Shown here in pieces: positions 1 through 9,076 of a stretch of DNA of 64,000 nucleotides. Within the stretch, counting starts at the first letter, position 1. Every line of letters starts with the position of its first letter. Below the pieces are notes generated by a model. That model worked only from the letters and a program-made list of their open reading frames with translations. It was not told where the DNA came from and did no database searches. Source of the stretch: an uncultured Gammaproteobacteria bacterium (GTDB taxonomy: Bacteria; Patescibacteriota; Microgenomatia; Daviesbacterales; UBA10151); contig CAZJNI010000006.1 in the NCBI GenBank assembly GCA_964547465.1, positions 2,505-66,504 of the forward strand, given 5' to 3'. A program made the translations under genes and the position numbers.

Positions 1-1567
1 TATAATCCGGCAGTAAATATCTGGCTTCATAATCTCCGGATTTTCCACTGCCATCAATTGTGACCTTTTGAGTAGACTGTCCCACAGTTCCTGTCGTCCT
101 CAATATATACTCACCGGCAGCGGAATTTCTCCATTTTAATTTGGTTAAAACCTGCAAAATAACCGGTTCTTTAACTTCAGTTGCAAACTCAACCGGCTTT
201 GAATCAAATTCTCTACCTTCAGAGAAAAGGTTAAACCTAATCTTAAAAACACCTCTTTGTGGAGCTTTTAGCTGAATTTGAAAAGTGTACGACTTTCCCG
301 GTTCTATTTTAACCCCACCTGATATTTCAGTAGGCTCAATTCCCAATTCCTTACCACCTTCAATTGGAATCAAAACTACTTTTTTCCCATCATTCCAAAT
401 AGATTGCCCATTATTTTTAAATTCCAGGGAAATTGTATAATCCTGACCGGAGACAATAGATGAGAATATCTCCCCATGAGTTAAAATAGCCTGATTTTCC
501 TGGATAGGTTCACCTTTATTTTTTGCCATATTTTTAATAGTTTCATATTGAGGGTAATACTGCGGGGGAGTCTCACCAGGAGCCTGAATAAATAACCCTG
601 AATTTGGAGACCTTTTAAAAGAAAAATGGTCAAAAGGAACCTCCTGATAGCTTAATAAAAATGGGGTTACAGCCACTATTTTTGAGTCTATCCAGGCATC
701 CTCAAAAGCTATTTTAAAATAATTACTTACACTCTCACTATCCGGTAAAAAGGATTGAAAATTCAATCCTTCTGCGTGTTTCCAGCCTGTTTCAGTTATA
801 AAAATGGGTAGACTTTTATTTAACCCTAAATTAGTTAATTGTTGCATCTCCCAGGCATAAGTCCTGATAGTTCCTCTGCCAATTGCGTAAGGTGAACCAA
901 CAAAGCCCGGATTAGGGTAAGAATGAGAAACCCAACCATCTAATTTATTAAAAATTCCAGGAACTCCCTGGTTCATTTGTTGCAAAAAAGAGATTTCATC
1001 CACATAATTTGGTGGCTGATTTGGTGATGAGGCATCAAGCCCGGCATTCAGTACAAAAAAATCCTCACTTCTTGATTTTAAAGCAGTTATCCACTTATCC
1101 AAAGTTTGGGCATATCCCTTAGCATCCACAGCCCCACCCCATTCATGTGCCTGATTAGGCTCATTAAAAATAACCACATACCTGTTTTTAATTGGCCAAT
1201 TTAGGGAATTTAGGAAATCTGCCCAGGAGTTGGCATCATCCGGATTTGGCCTTTCCCAGGATTGTCCGGAAGTTTCTGTGGCCAGCCTGACAATCGGGAT
1301 AAGATGTCTTCTTCGAAGATCATTAAAAAACTCCTGCCACTTATCTTTATTTTTATCGTTTTGTTGGATTATTACCGTGATATAACCCCAGTCTCCGTTG
1401 GTATTTACCAAACTTGCCGCAGGGGATGATTCATCAGGGGAGCCAGTAATTATATGGATCCCAAATTTGTTGTTGGGAACAGACAGGGGATCAACTGTGG
1501 CAAATGCAGGCTTATAAAATATAAAACCAGCCAATAAAAATGATAATGAAAATTTAAGGAGAACCAT
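1..1567 (-). CDS. Secreted GH5-like (clan GH-A) glycoside hydrolase, partial; the C-terminus runs off the window start
   Basis: Minus-strand ORF starts at ATG 1565-1567 with signal-peptide-like MVLLKFSLSFLLAGF. Translated motifs VVIFNEPN (acid/base Glu in NEP) and IFITETGW (nucleophile Glu) match GH5-type TIM-barrel hydrolases. No stop before position 1. Confidence 0.5.
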   Translation of the reverse strand, partial: MVLLKFSLSFLLAGFIFYKPAFATVDPLSVPNNKFGIHIITGSPDESSPAASLVNTNGDWGYITVIIQQNDKNKDKWQEFFNDLRRRHLIPIVRLATETSGQSWERPNPDDANSWADFLNSLNWPIKNRYVVIFNEPNQAHEWGGAVDAKGYAQTLDKWITALKSRSEDFFVLNAGLDASSPNQPPNYVDEISFLQQMNQGVPGIFNKLDGWVSHSYPNPGFVGSPYAIGRGTIRTYAWEMQQLTNLGLNKSLPIFITETGWKHAEGLNFQSFLPDSESVSNYFKIAFEDAWIDSKIVAVTPFLLSYQEVPFDHFSFKRSPNSGLFIQAPGETPPQYYPQYETIKNMAKNKGEPIQENQAILTHGEIFSSIVSGQDYTISLEFKNNGQSIWNDGKKVVLIPIEGGKELGIEPTEISGGVKIEPGKSYTFQIQLKAPQRGVFKIRFNLFSEGREFDSKPVEFATEVKEPVILQVLTKLKWRNSAAGEYILRTTGTVGQSTQKVTIDGSGKSGDYEARYLLPDY

Positions 1568-1589
1568 GAAACGCTATTTTACCACTTAG

Positions 1590-2576
1590 TCAGCCAAGCT
1601 GAACCACACAAACTGACGCAAACAGGCCTGCTCCAAAACCTGCTAAAACGAGTTTATCTCCGCTGCCAATGACTCCTTCTTGCAGTGCTCTAAGCATTGC
1701 TTTCGCTATTGATGCTGATGACCAGTTCCCATCTTCAAGGTCGCTATAAATTTGCAAACCGGGTAATCTTTTTGCAAGGGCTTCAATCATATGCCTGCTT
1801 GCCTGGTGGGGAATAACCATTTTAATTTGTCGTGCTTCCAGCCCAGCTCCTTCAATGGCAGTACTGATTAAACCAGGTACCGTTTCCCTGACCCCTTCAT
1901 AAACTGCCTTCCCATCCATCCAGAAATGTCCATTTTCCGAAGATGGGATATCCACGGTTAGGGCAGGGTAACGCACTAGACCATAATTTACAGGCATGCG
2001 GAGGCATACGGATCTTTCTTTCGGAAAACTATAATTTAAAGCATTCAGGATTTTCATATCTTGCCCTTCCGTAAATGACATTACCAGCGCCCCATCGGAG
2101 AAAATTGTCTGGGCTAAACTCGGATCGGCATCATCTGATCTTAAGTCCGTTAGTGTGGGTGAATATTTTTCGCTTGCGACCATTAAAATTTTTTTACCGG
2201 AAAAGCGATCCTTATTTTCCCAAATATGGTTCAGTCCAACAGTAAACCCCGAACATGCTGTATGGACATTCATACATCCGTCTGCCGTAAACTTAAGGCT
2301 TTTAACTACTTCATAGGCATTATTTACACCGTCAGGGTAACTGGTGGAAAAAAATACTACATCTGGTTGTGGCGAGGATTTTAGAGATTGTACGGCCTGA
2401 ATCCCCATGTCTAAAACAGTTTCGTCTGCTCTTGCCAGATATCTTCTTTCAACACCCACTTTATCATATATAGCTTGAGCAGTTAAAGGTTTTCTACCGT
2501 TATTTGGTTGCCAAGAGGCAATCTCTTCGTTTTCTAAAACTTGTTTTGGAAAATATGTGGCAATCTCCAAAGCCAT
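1590..2576 (-). CDS. FabH-like beta-ketoacyl-ACP synthase III / thiolase-fold condensing enzyme
   Basis: 328 aa. Active-site Cys context HTACSGF, HQAS and GFGAGL motifs typical of the KAS III/chalcone-synthase-like fold. Confidence 0.6.
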   Translation of the reverse strand: MALEIATYFPKQVLENEEIASWQPNNGRKPLTAQAIYDKVGVERRYLARADETVLDMGIQAVQSLKSSPQPDVVFFSTSYPDGVNNAYEVVKSLKFTADGCMNVHTACSGFTVGLNHIWENKDRFSGKKILMVASEKYSPTLTDLRSDDADPSLAQTIFSDGALVMSFTEGQDMKILNALNYSFPKERSVCLRMPVNYGLVRYPALTVDIPSSENGHFWMDGKAVYEGVRETVPGLISTAIEGAGLEARQIKMVIPHQASRHMIEALAKRLPGLQIYSDLEDGNWSSASIAKAMLRALQEGVIGSGDKLVLAGFGAGLFASVCVVQLG

Positions 2577-2630
2577 AATATTGGCTTATTATACAGCAAA
2601 AATAATGAATCAATTTGGGGAACATTTTAG

Positions 2631-3521
2631 ATGAGTCATATCGTTGGGTTTACATTTAGGACTTTTTTTGCTAGAATAGCCCATAATCTTAAAATGAGCG
2701 TAGAATTTGTTGGTGATCCTTATAACTTGAAAACTTTAATTCCTCGAATGGAAGATCTTGGATATCAATTCCATTATACTCCTGAAACTCCGACTACTAT
2801 GATATTGGCAGAAAAATATGTTAGAACAGGAAATGATGAGCCAGCTGTGTTTTTAGCCGATCACCAGACCCAAGGTAGAGGGAGGGAGGGGAGAGTTTGG
2901 TTAGATAAGCCGGGAGCATCATTGTTAACAACAGCAGTTCTCGGAATAAAAGATAATACAATTTCCATTTTTGCAGATATGGTTGCTTTACATGTTGTCA
3001 GTATCTTAAGAAGCGTTCCTTTAATTGATAATGTTTGTATTAAATATCCAAATGATTTAGTTATTGATGATAAAAAGGTTGGCGGGTTACTTGTAACAAA
3101 TATTTATGATGAAAGCAGAATCTATTTAGGTACAAGTGTAGGCATTGGAGTAAATATTCACTATACCCAGGAGGAATTGGCCAATTATCCCACTGATTAT
3201 GGAGCTACAGCTTTGGATTTACATACACCAAAACTAAACTCCAGGCAACTAATATTATGGTCTTTTCTAGAAAATCTTAGATTCTTATCCATTGATGCTG
3301 AAGTTTTTGGAACAAATTTACAAATGCAACAGGACTTAAATAATTTATGGAGAGCGCATTCTTCTATTCTAGGAAGAAAGGTACAAGTTGAAACTGATAA
3401 TGAAGTAGTCGTACAAGGGGCGGTAGTTGACACCCAGATAGGGAGGGGAATATCTTTAGGTGGAAAAACACAATGGTTTAATCAGTTTAATACTAAAATG
3501 AAAGTGAGGGTTTTAGATTAA
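2631..3521 (+). CDS. birA: Biotin--[acetyl-CoA-carboxylase] ligase (BirA catalytic domain)
   Basis: QTQGRGREGRVW matches the BirA GRGRxGRxW biotin-binding signature. The stop overlaps the next ATG (TAATG). Confidence 0.7.
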   Translation: MSHIVGFTFRTFFARIAHNLKMSVEFVGDPYNLKTLIPRMEDLGYQFHYTPETPTTMILAEKYVRTGNDEPAVFLADHQTQGRGREGRVWLDKPGASLLTTAVLGIKDNTISIFADMVALHVVSILRSVPLIDNVCIKYPNDLVIDDKKVGGLLVTNIYDESRIYLGTSVGIGVNIHYTQEELANYPTDYGATALDLHTPKLNSRQLILWSFLENLRFLSIDAEVFGTNLQMQQDLNNLWRAHSSILGRKVQVETDNEVVVQGAVVDTQIGRGISLGGKTQWFNQFNTKMKVRVLD

Positions 3522-4072
3522 TGACAAGCTCAGAAGGAGATAGAGTTACCAGAGAGGAAATGTATCCATCCGCCGGAAAACCTACTCAACCTCTTAAGGC
3601 ACTTATCCCAACCTTTGGAGAAATAATAATTACTGGATTGACAGAAGGCTTAGAATCCGGGCAGCTTGCTTCTGCTACACTTCGGCTTACCCACCAGGGA
3701 GAAAACCCTCAAGTTTTTGAAGCAATTATCAAGGGCAAAAATGTTACGGGTAATAATTTGGAGATTGAATTAACAGGAGATTGGCAAACTTCAATAGAAT
3801 TACCAAAAGGACTTCCGTTAATTGCTGACTATGAAGGAAAGTTTTATAGAAAAATTAAGCCGGAAGATAACCTGCCTATTGCTGAAGAAGGTACTGTTTT
3901 GGAACCAAACGGAGCATATGCTTTTGCTATGCAAGGTAAAGATAGACGTTGGTTTCTTAAATTACCACCCGCAGATTTTCCTAGAGGCGGAAAAATCAGT
4001 AGATTTGTACAACCGGATGGAATAGATGTTATCAAAGGTGAATCTATACTTTTATATGTGGAGCCAATTTAA
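3521..4072 (+). CDS. Hypothetical protein with a C-terminal biotinyl/lipoyl-like hybrid-barrel segment (degenerate BCCP candidate)
   Basis: 183 aa. The C-terminus ...AFAMQGK...GKISRFVQPDGIDVIKGESILLYVE resembles BCCP ...EAMKM...[24 protein letters not shown] but lacks a canonical AMKM. Translationally coupled to birA and directly upstream of the carboxylase. Confidence 0.3.
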   Translation: MTSSEGDRVTREEMYPSAGKPTQPLKALIPTFGEIIITGLTEGLESGQLASATLRLTHQGENPQVFEAIIKGKNVTGNNLEIELTGDWQTSIELPKGLPLIADYEGKFYRKIKPEDNLPIAEEGTVLEPNGAYAFAMQGKDRRWFLKLPPADFPRGGKISRFVQPDGIDVIKGESILLYVEPI

Positions 4073-4077
4073 ATAAT

Positions 4078-7000
4078 ATGGGAGAAAAATTAGCTACCGC
4101 AGAACATATTAAACCAATCCGAAAAATGTTTATTGCCCAAAGAGGGGAAATTGCTTTTAGGGCTGCTAGAGCGTGTGCTAAAAAAGGTGTTCCTGCGGTA
4201 ATTCCTTATACTTTTTCCGATTCAAACCCCTTGGCTTCTGAACTTGCTGAAAAGCTTAAAGATAGTGGTTGGGAGCTAGCAGCTTTGGGTGGCACCAGCG
4301 CGAACGAAAACTTTACTAATCCTAGAAACCTGATTCAAACAATGAAGCTTCACGATTGCGATGCAGTCTTTTTAGGTTATGGATTCTTATCTGAAGATTC
4401 TGATTTTGTCAGGATGTGTGAGGAGGAAGGAATAAGGGTACTTGCCCCACCTTCTTCGGTGATGGAAAAAACAGGAAATAAAATAAGTGCCAGGGAAATC
4501 GCTAAAAGAGTTAAAATAGGTTTAAGGTCTTCAATTCCTGTTTTGGAGGGAAGTGAAAATTTACCTAATTTTGAACAAGCACATAGAGCGGCTGACAGAT
4601 TAGGTTATCCTGTTATGCTTAAGGATCCGGATTTAGGTGGAGGCAAGGGGAATATTGTAGCCAGGAATGACAAAGAGTTAGAATCTGCCTACACAAGATT
4701 AAAAAGTAGAAGGGAAAACAAGGAAGTCTTCCTGGAAAGGTATGTTGAGCATGCTGTTCATGTAGAAGTTCAAATTGCGGCTGATAAATATGGAAATATT
4801 GTTTCTCTGGGAGAAAGAGATTGTACCTTGCAAAGAAAATCTCAAAAAGTAATTGAGGAATCTCCGTCACCACATATATCAAATAGAACTAGACAAATTT
4901 TACAATTGGCAGCAACCAGATTTGCTAAAACTGTAGGTTATCAGGGAGTTGGTACTTGGGAGTTTTTGGTAGATTTGGATAGAAAGGGTAGAAACGGTGA
5001 TCCCGCCTGGTATTTTATGGAAATAAATCCAAGAATTCAGGTTGAGCACCCGGTAACAGAAGAACAGACAAGAATTGATATTGTGGATTTAATGATTGAT
5101 ATTGCGGAAGGAAAATCACTTCCCTTTGCTCAAAAAGATATTATTCCACAAGGCCATACAATTGAAGCAAGAGTATATGCAGAAAATCCTAATAGGGGAT
5201 TTACGGAGAGCTTTGGAACCTTAAGTGTTTTAAGCAATCCTGAAGTAGAGGGGGTTAGAATTGAGCCTGCTTTAAGAGAAGGGGATACTCTTTCTTTTTC
5301 GTATGACACTACTCTTTTTAAAGCTATAGCTCATGGTTCTGATAGGGAAACAGCCAGACAAAAATTAGTCAGGCTTCTTTCTGGAAGTGAAATTGTTGGA
5401 GTTTCATCCAATTTACATTTCCTGATCGAACTACTTGCAACTTCCCAGTTTCAAGAAGGAAAAGTAACTACAAGTTTTGTAGAAGACTGGTGGAAAAAAA
5501 GATTAAGAGATAGGGTACACTCAATTGAAGAATTTATAAATGGTGGCACTTTTACAGAATATCCTTTTTCGCAGGAGTATAATCCCGCCTTGTTACCCCA
5601 AACCTCAACCGTTATAAAAAGAGAGGACGGCTCAAAAATAACTTATGCAGATCATTTAGAAAGATTAAGAAGAGAGAAAGGGACAACCTGTGCAGCTAAA
5701 TACGGAATCCAGGAAAGAGATGGAGTCAGATGGGTATTATATACTCTTGACTATAGTATTAATGCGGGTACATTAGGACCTCAAGAGGGAAATATTCTTA
5801 TAGATGCATCGAAATTAGCAAATCAGGAGAATTTAGTTTTAGTAACCCTGATAAGTACAGGTGGAGTTGATAACTGGACTAATGCTTTAGGGTTGCATCA
5901 AATGGGTTTATCAGTTGCGGCTGTAACTGAAAAATACCCTCCCAGAACTCATATAAATGTCAGTCATGGGCCATTTTTTGGTGGAGTTCCAGCTTCTTTT
6001 GCAGGAATACCTGATTGGCAAATTATGGTTGATTCTGAGCAATCGTATGGAGGATTAGCAGGTATATTATTGGTTGCTCGGGGAATGGGAATTAATATAC
6101 CGGAGGGTACCAAAGCGCCTGAGATTTATGAAATATTGACTAAAATGGATGAGAGAAATAAGGCACTTCATACTCCAATTTCCCATTACCAGGCAGGTAA
6201 TGTTGATACCTTAGTCAGTAGTTTGGGAGAAGCATCCAATAGAGTAACCCATTTAATACATAATCTTCATCATAAGGAAGCAATTACCGATCCAAATCGT
6301 GTTTATCAGCCAAATGAACAGATTGCTTTCCTGCAAGGCTCTTCAGAGGCTATAAGGCCTGATAGATCCGGCAGTCATTTTCCTGTCTGGTTTAGTCCTG
6401 TTTCCAGAGTTAGAGAGCAACTTTTGAAGATATCTACCCACTCAGGAAGAGAAGAAGTAAGAGAGCTAACGAATTATGAGAGATGGAAAATAATACATGA
6501 GGTTGATAGACCAACCGCGGCCGATTTATTAGACACCAGATTTGGAATGTTTGATGACAGCACTTTACTAAACGGTCCTATTCTTCATATTGGTAATGAT
6601 GAGTGGTATCCTTCAATAATAGGTGCAGTTTGTAGAATTGAGGATTTGCGTTTGTTAGTGGTAGCCCAGCAAACATCAAGAACTATTGACGAAGTAACTA
6701 AAAAGTTAGGAAAAAAATATGTCGCACAAAAACCTGAGGATTGGGAATCTTTAGAAGATTTCGTATTTGGAATAGGTCTAAAAAACAGATTACCTGTGCT
6801 TTTTATAGGAGATACAGAAGGAGCTAGTGCAGATCCTGATGCAGAGATTAGGGGTCAAATGAGGAAAATAGCCCGTACCCAAAAAATAACCAATAGCTAC
6901 CCTTTCCCCACAGCCGCACTGCTATTGGGATTTGGAGGAAGCGGGGGAGTTGAAACTATATTTAGACCTATGGATGGTGTAGCTGTTGCTGAAAATTCTT

Positions 7001-7326
7001 TATTATTCGTAGCTGATCCCAGACCTAAAAGTTGGATACAGGGGGGACATTGGTTAGATGATACAACAGAAGAGTTTAAAAATTTTATTAACGGCGAAGA
7101 AACAGCAAGGGCTGAAACTTTGGTACAAATGGGGTTAGCTGACTATATAATTAAAGAAGGTCTTGGTGGAGCACATAGAAATTCCAGATTATTCGCCAGG
7201 AATGCCAGAGATTGGGCTTATTCTACTTTTTCACCTCTTTTACCTTTATCTAAAGGTGAACTCACAAATAGAAGATGGGAAAGAAATTTAGCACCTAATC
7301 TTAAATTTAGTACACCTGTATCTTAA
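4078..7326 (+). CDS. Fused acyl-CoA carboxylase: N-terminal biotin carboxylase (ATP-grasp) plus C-terminal carboxyltransferase domains
   Basis: 1082 aa. N-terminus has MFIAQRGEIAFRAARA and MEINPRIQVEHPVTE (biotin carboxylase signature). The C-terminal approx 600 aa are carboxyltransferase-like. No AMKM biotinyl motif inside. Confidence 0.65.
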   Translation: MGEKLATAEHIKPIRKMFIAQRGEIAFRAARACAKKGVPAVIPYTFSDSNPLASELAEKLKDSGWELAALGGTSANENFTNPRNLIQTMKLHDCDAVFLGYGFLSEDSDFVRMCEEEGIRVLAPPSSVMEKTGNKISAREIAKRVKIGLRSSIPVLEGSENLPNFEQAHRAADRLGYPVMLKDPDLGGGKGNIVARNDKELESAYTRLKSRRENKEVFLERYVEHAVHVEVQIAADKYGNIVSLGERDCTLQRKSQKVIEESPSPHISNRTRQILQLAATRFAKTVGYQGVGTWEFLVDLDRKGRNGDPAWYFMEINPRIQVEHPVTEEQTRIDIVDLMIDIAEGKSLPFAQKDIIPQGHTIEARVYAENPNRGFTESFGTLSVLSNPEVEGVRIEPALREGDTLSFSYDTTLFKAIAHGSDRETARQKLVRLLSGSEIVGVSSNLHFLIELLATSQFQEGKVTTSFVEDWWKKRLRDRVHSIEEFINGGTFTEYPFSQEYNPALLPQTSTVIKREDGSKITYADHLERLRREKGTTCAAKYGIQERDGVRWVLYTLDYSINAGTLGPQEGNILIDASKLANQENLVLVTLISTGGVDNWTNALGLHQMGLSVAAVTEKYPPRTHINVSHGPFFGGVPASFAGIPDWQIMVDSEQSYGGLAGILLVARGMGINIPEGTKAPEIYEILTKMDERNKALHTPISHYQAGNVDTLVSSLGEASNRVTHLIHNLHHKEAITDPNRVYQPNEQIAFLQGSSEAIRPDRSGSHFPVWFSPVSRVREQLLKISTHSGREEVRELTNYERWKIIHEVDRPTAADLLDTRFGMFDDSTLLNGPILHIGNDEWYPSIIGAVCRIEDLRLLVVAQQTSRTIDEVTKKLGKKYVAQKPEDWESLEDFVFGIGLKNRLPVLFIGDTEGASADPDAEIRGQMRKIARTQKITNSYPFPTAALLLGFGGSGGVETIFRPMDGVAVAENSLLFVADPRPKSWIQGGHWLDDTTEEFKNFINGEETARAETLVQMGLADYIIKEGLGGAHRNSRLFARNARDWAYSTFSPLLPLSKGELTNRRWERNLAPNLKFSTPVS

Positions 7327-7750
7327 ATTCTCCCTATTGCTTTTCGGATTTCCTTCGGATATTGTAGAGTGTGTCATGGGTCACGGGTCAAGAAAAGCGT
7401 GATACATGATACTTGATACATGATACAGATTTCCGAGCCAATAAATGTCTGGGTGTTTTTTAAGGGAAATTCAATTCAGCCCTGGTGTTTTTTCTGGCAT
7501 TCCAGGCAAATTAAGGTAGACAAAATAAATTTAGTTCACACCTCAAAAGACGGATCCAGTGTTTTTTATCATTTTTCTATCTCTTCAGGCGGGAATTTTT
7601 ACAGATTAAAATTTGATATTGGGAAATTAACATGGATGCTGGAAGCGGTAGAAGAAGAACAATAAATATCTACTTATTTCCATGTATTTCTACTGTATAT
7701 CTGGCAGGATATTCATAGAAATACGATAGATATACATAGAAACTCATCGT

Positions 7751-9040
7751 ATGAACAAAGTAATACTACATATTGATTTTAATAGCTACTTTGCAACAGT
7801 GGAACAGCAGGCTAATCCCAGGCTTCGGGGTAAACCTGTTGGGGTAACTGGAGGAGATCGTATGAAGCGTACAGTTTTGGGTGCAGCATCAGTTGAAGCT
7901 AAAAAGTTTGGAGTTAAAACAGGCATGCAGATTTGGCAGGCAAAACAGCTTTGTCCTGAAATCATTTTAGTTACTGGGGATTCTGATAAGTATTTAGAGA
8001 CTACCAAGCGTTTTTTGGCTATTTTAAACGGTTACAGCCCATATTTGGAGGTGTTTAGTATAGATGAGGTATTTTTAGAATTACCTCCCCCTGTCATTGC
8101 GAAGCCACGAAGTGGCTGTGGCAATCTTGATTCTTTTAAGAAAGATTCCCACGTCGCTTCGCTCCTCGGAATGACAAAAGAAATTGCCCAAGAGATTAAA
8201 TCCCGTATTAAAGCTGAAATAGGTGAGTGGATTACTTGTTCCATTGGAATTTCTTATAACAAATTAATGGCAAAGTTAGCCGGATCTTTGTACAAACCGG
8301 ATGGATTAGTGATTATTGCAGATGAACAGGCTGCACAGTTTATTTTGGACAGAGTGGGGTTGGATGAAATTTGCGGGATTGGTTCTAGAATTAAAAAAAG
8401 GCTTAATAATATGGGTATTTTTAACTTTTCCCAATTGAGGCAAGTACCCCTCCCGGCTTTACTGGCTTCCTTTAAATCTTATGGCCAAACTCTATATAAC
8501 ATGAGCCGGGGGATAGATAATTCAGAAGTAATACCGTTTTATGAAAAAGAAGAAGTTAAATCAGTTGGCCACAGGCACACTATTGACCATGATACTGCTG
8601 ATCCTGTGGAGATTAAACAGATTCTACTTAAATTAACAGAACTTGTGGCAAGAAGACTGCGGGTCAAAAATTTAGTGGGTAAAACAGTCTCTGTTTGGTT
8701 TAGGTATGCTGACTTTGAAGGTAATGGTATGCAAACAACAATTTCTCCCACCCAGGATGGGCTGGAAATATTTAAAGCTGCCTGGGGAATTTTTCAAAAG
8801 ATATGGGATAGAGGGGAAATAAGGATGATAGGGGTGTCTATTTCTAATTTAGCTTCACAAACTCCGCAAAACTTGTCTTTATTACCAGAATCCAAACAAC
8901 AGGAAACAATTATCCAAACCCTGGACAAAATAAATAATAAATATGGTGAATTTAGTTTGCAAAGAGGAATTTTGTTAGGTTCATCCAAAATGCGCCGGAT
9001 GCCAAATCCTTTCCTTGCAGACAGAAGATTTAAGATTTAA
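7751..9040 (+). CDS. dinB: DNA polymerase IV (Y-family, DinB)
   Basis: N-terminus ILHIDFNSYFATVEQQANPRLRGKPVGV matches DinB ILHVDMDCFFAAVE. 429 aa. Carries an in-frame repeat-element insertion at 8093-8175. Confidence 0.75.
   Translation: MNKVILHIDFNSYFATVEQQANPRLRGKPVGVTGGDRMKRTVLGAASVEAKKFGVKTGMQIWQAKQLCPEIILVTGDSDKYLETTKRFLAILNGYSPYLEVFSIDEVFLELPPPVIAKPRSGCGNLDSFKKDSHVASLLGMTKEIAQEIKSRIKAEIGEWITCSIGISYNKLMAKLAGSLYKPDGLVIIADEQAAQFILDRVGLDEICGIGSRIKKRLNNMGIFNFSQLRQVPLPALLASFKSYGQTLYNMSRGIDNSEVIPFYEKEEVKSVGHRHTIDHDTADPVEIKQILLKLTELVARRLRVKNLVGKTVSVWFRYADFEGNGMQTTISPTQDGLEIFKAAWGIFQKIWDRGEIRMIGVSISNLASQTPQNLSLLPESKQQETIIQTLDKINNKYGEFSLQRGILLGSSKMRRMPNPFLADRRFKI
8093..8175 (+). repeat. RPE-like palindromic element (gtcattgcg...gcaatc family, long form with TIR gtcatt/aatgac) inserted in-frame in dinB
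   Basis: gtcattgcgaagccacgaagtggctgtggcaatc...cgcttcgctcctcggaatgac encodes ...VIAKPRSGCGNLDSFKKDSHVASLLGMT.... Confidence 0.6.
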
Positions 9041-9076
9041 TGTACAATTTATAATGTACAATGTACAATTAAGGAA

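Noticed and set aside
3197-4035. Small nested ORFs overlapping birA and the BCCP-like gene
   Set aside because: They are fully contained within better-supported genes and have no motifs.
7420-7665. 81-aa ORF in the carboxylase-dinB intergenic region
   Set aside because: Low-complexity W/F-rich translation with no RBS; it lies in a repeat-containing spacer and is more likely non-coding.
9045-9076. tgtacaat x3 short repeats upstream of the UXS-like gene
   Set aside because: AT-rich promoter-region repetition is too short and degenerate to call an element.
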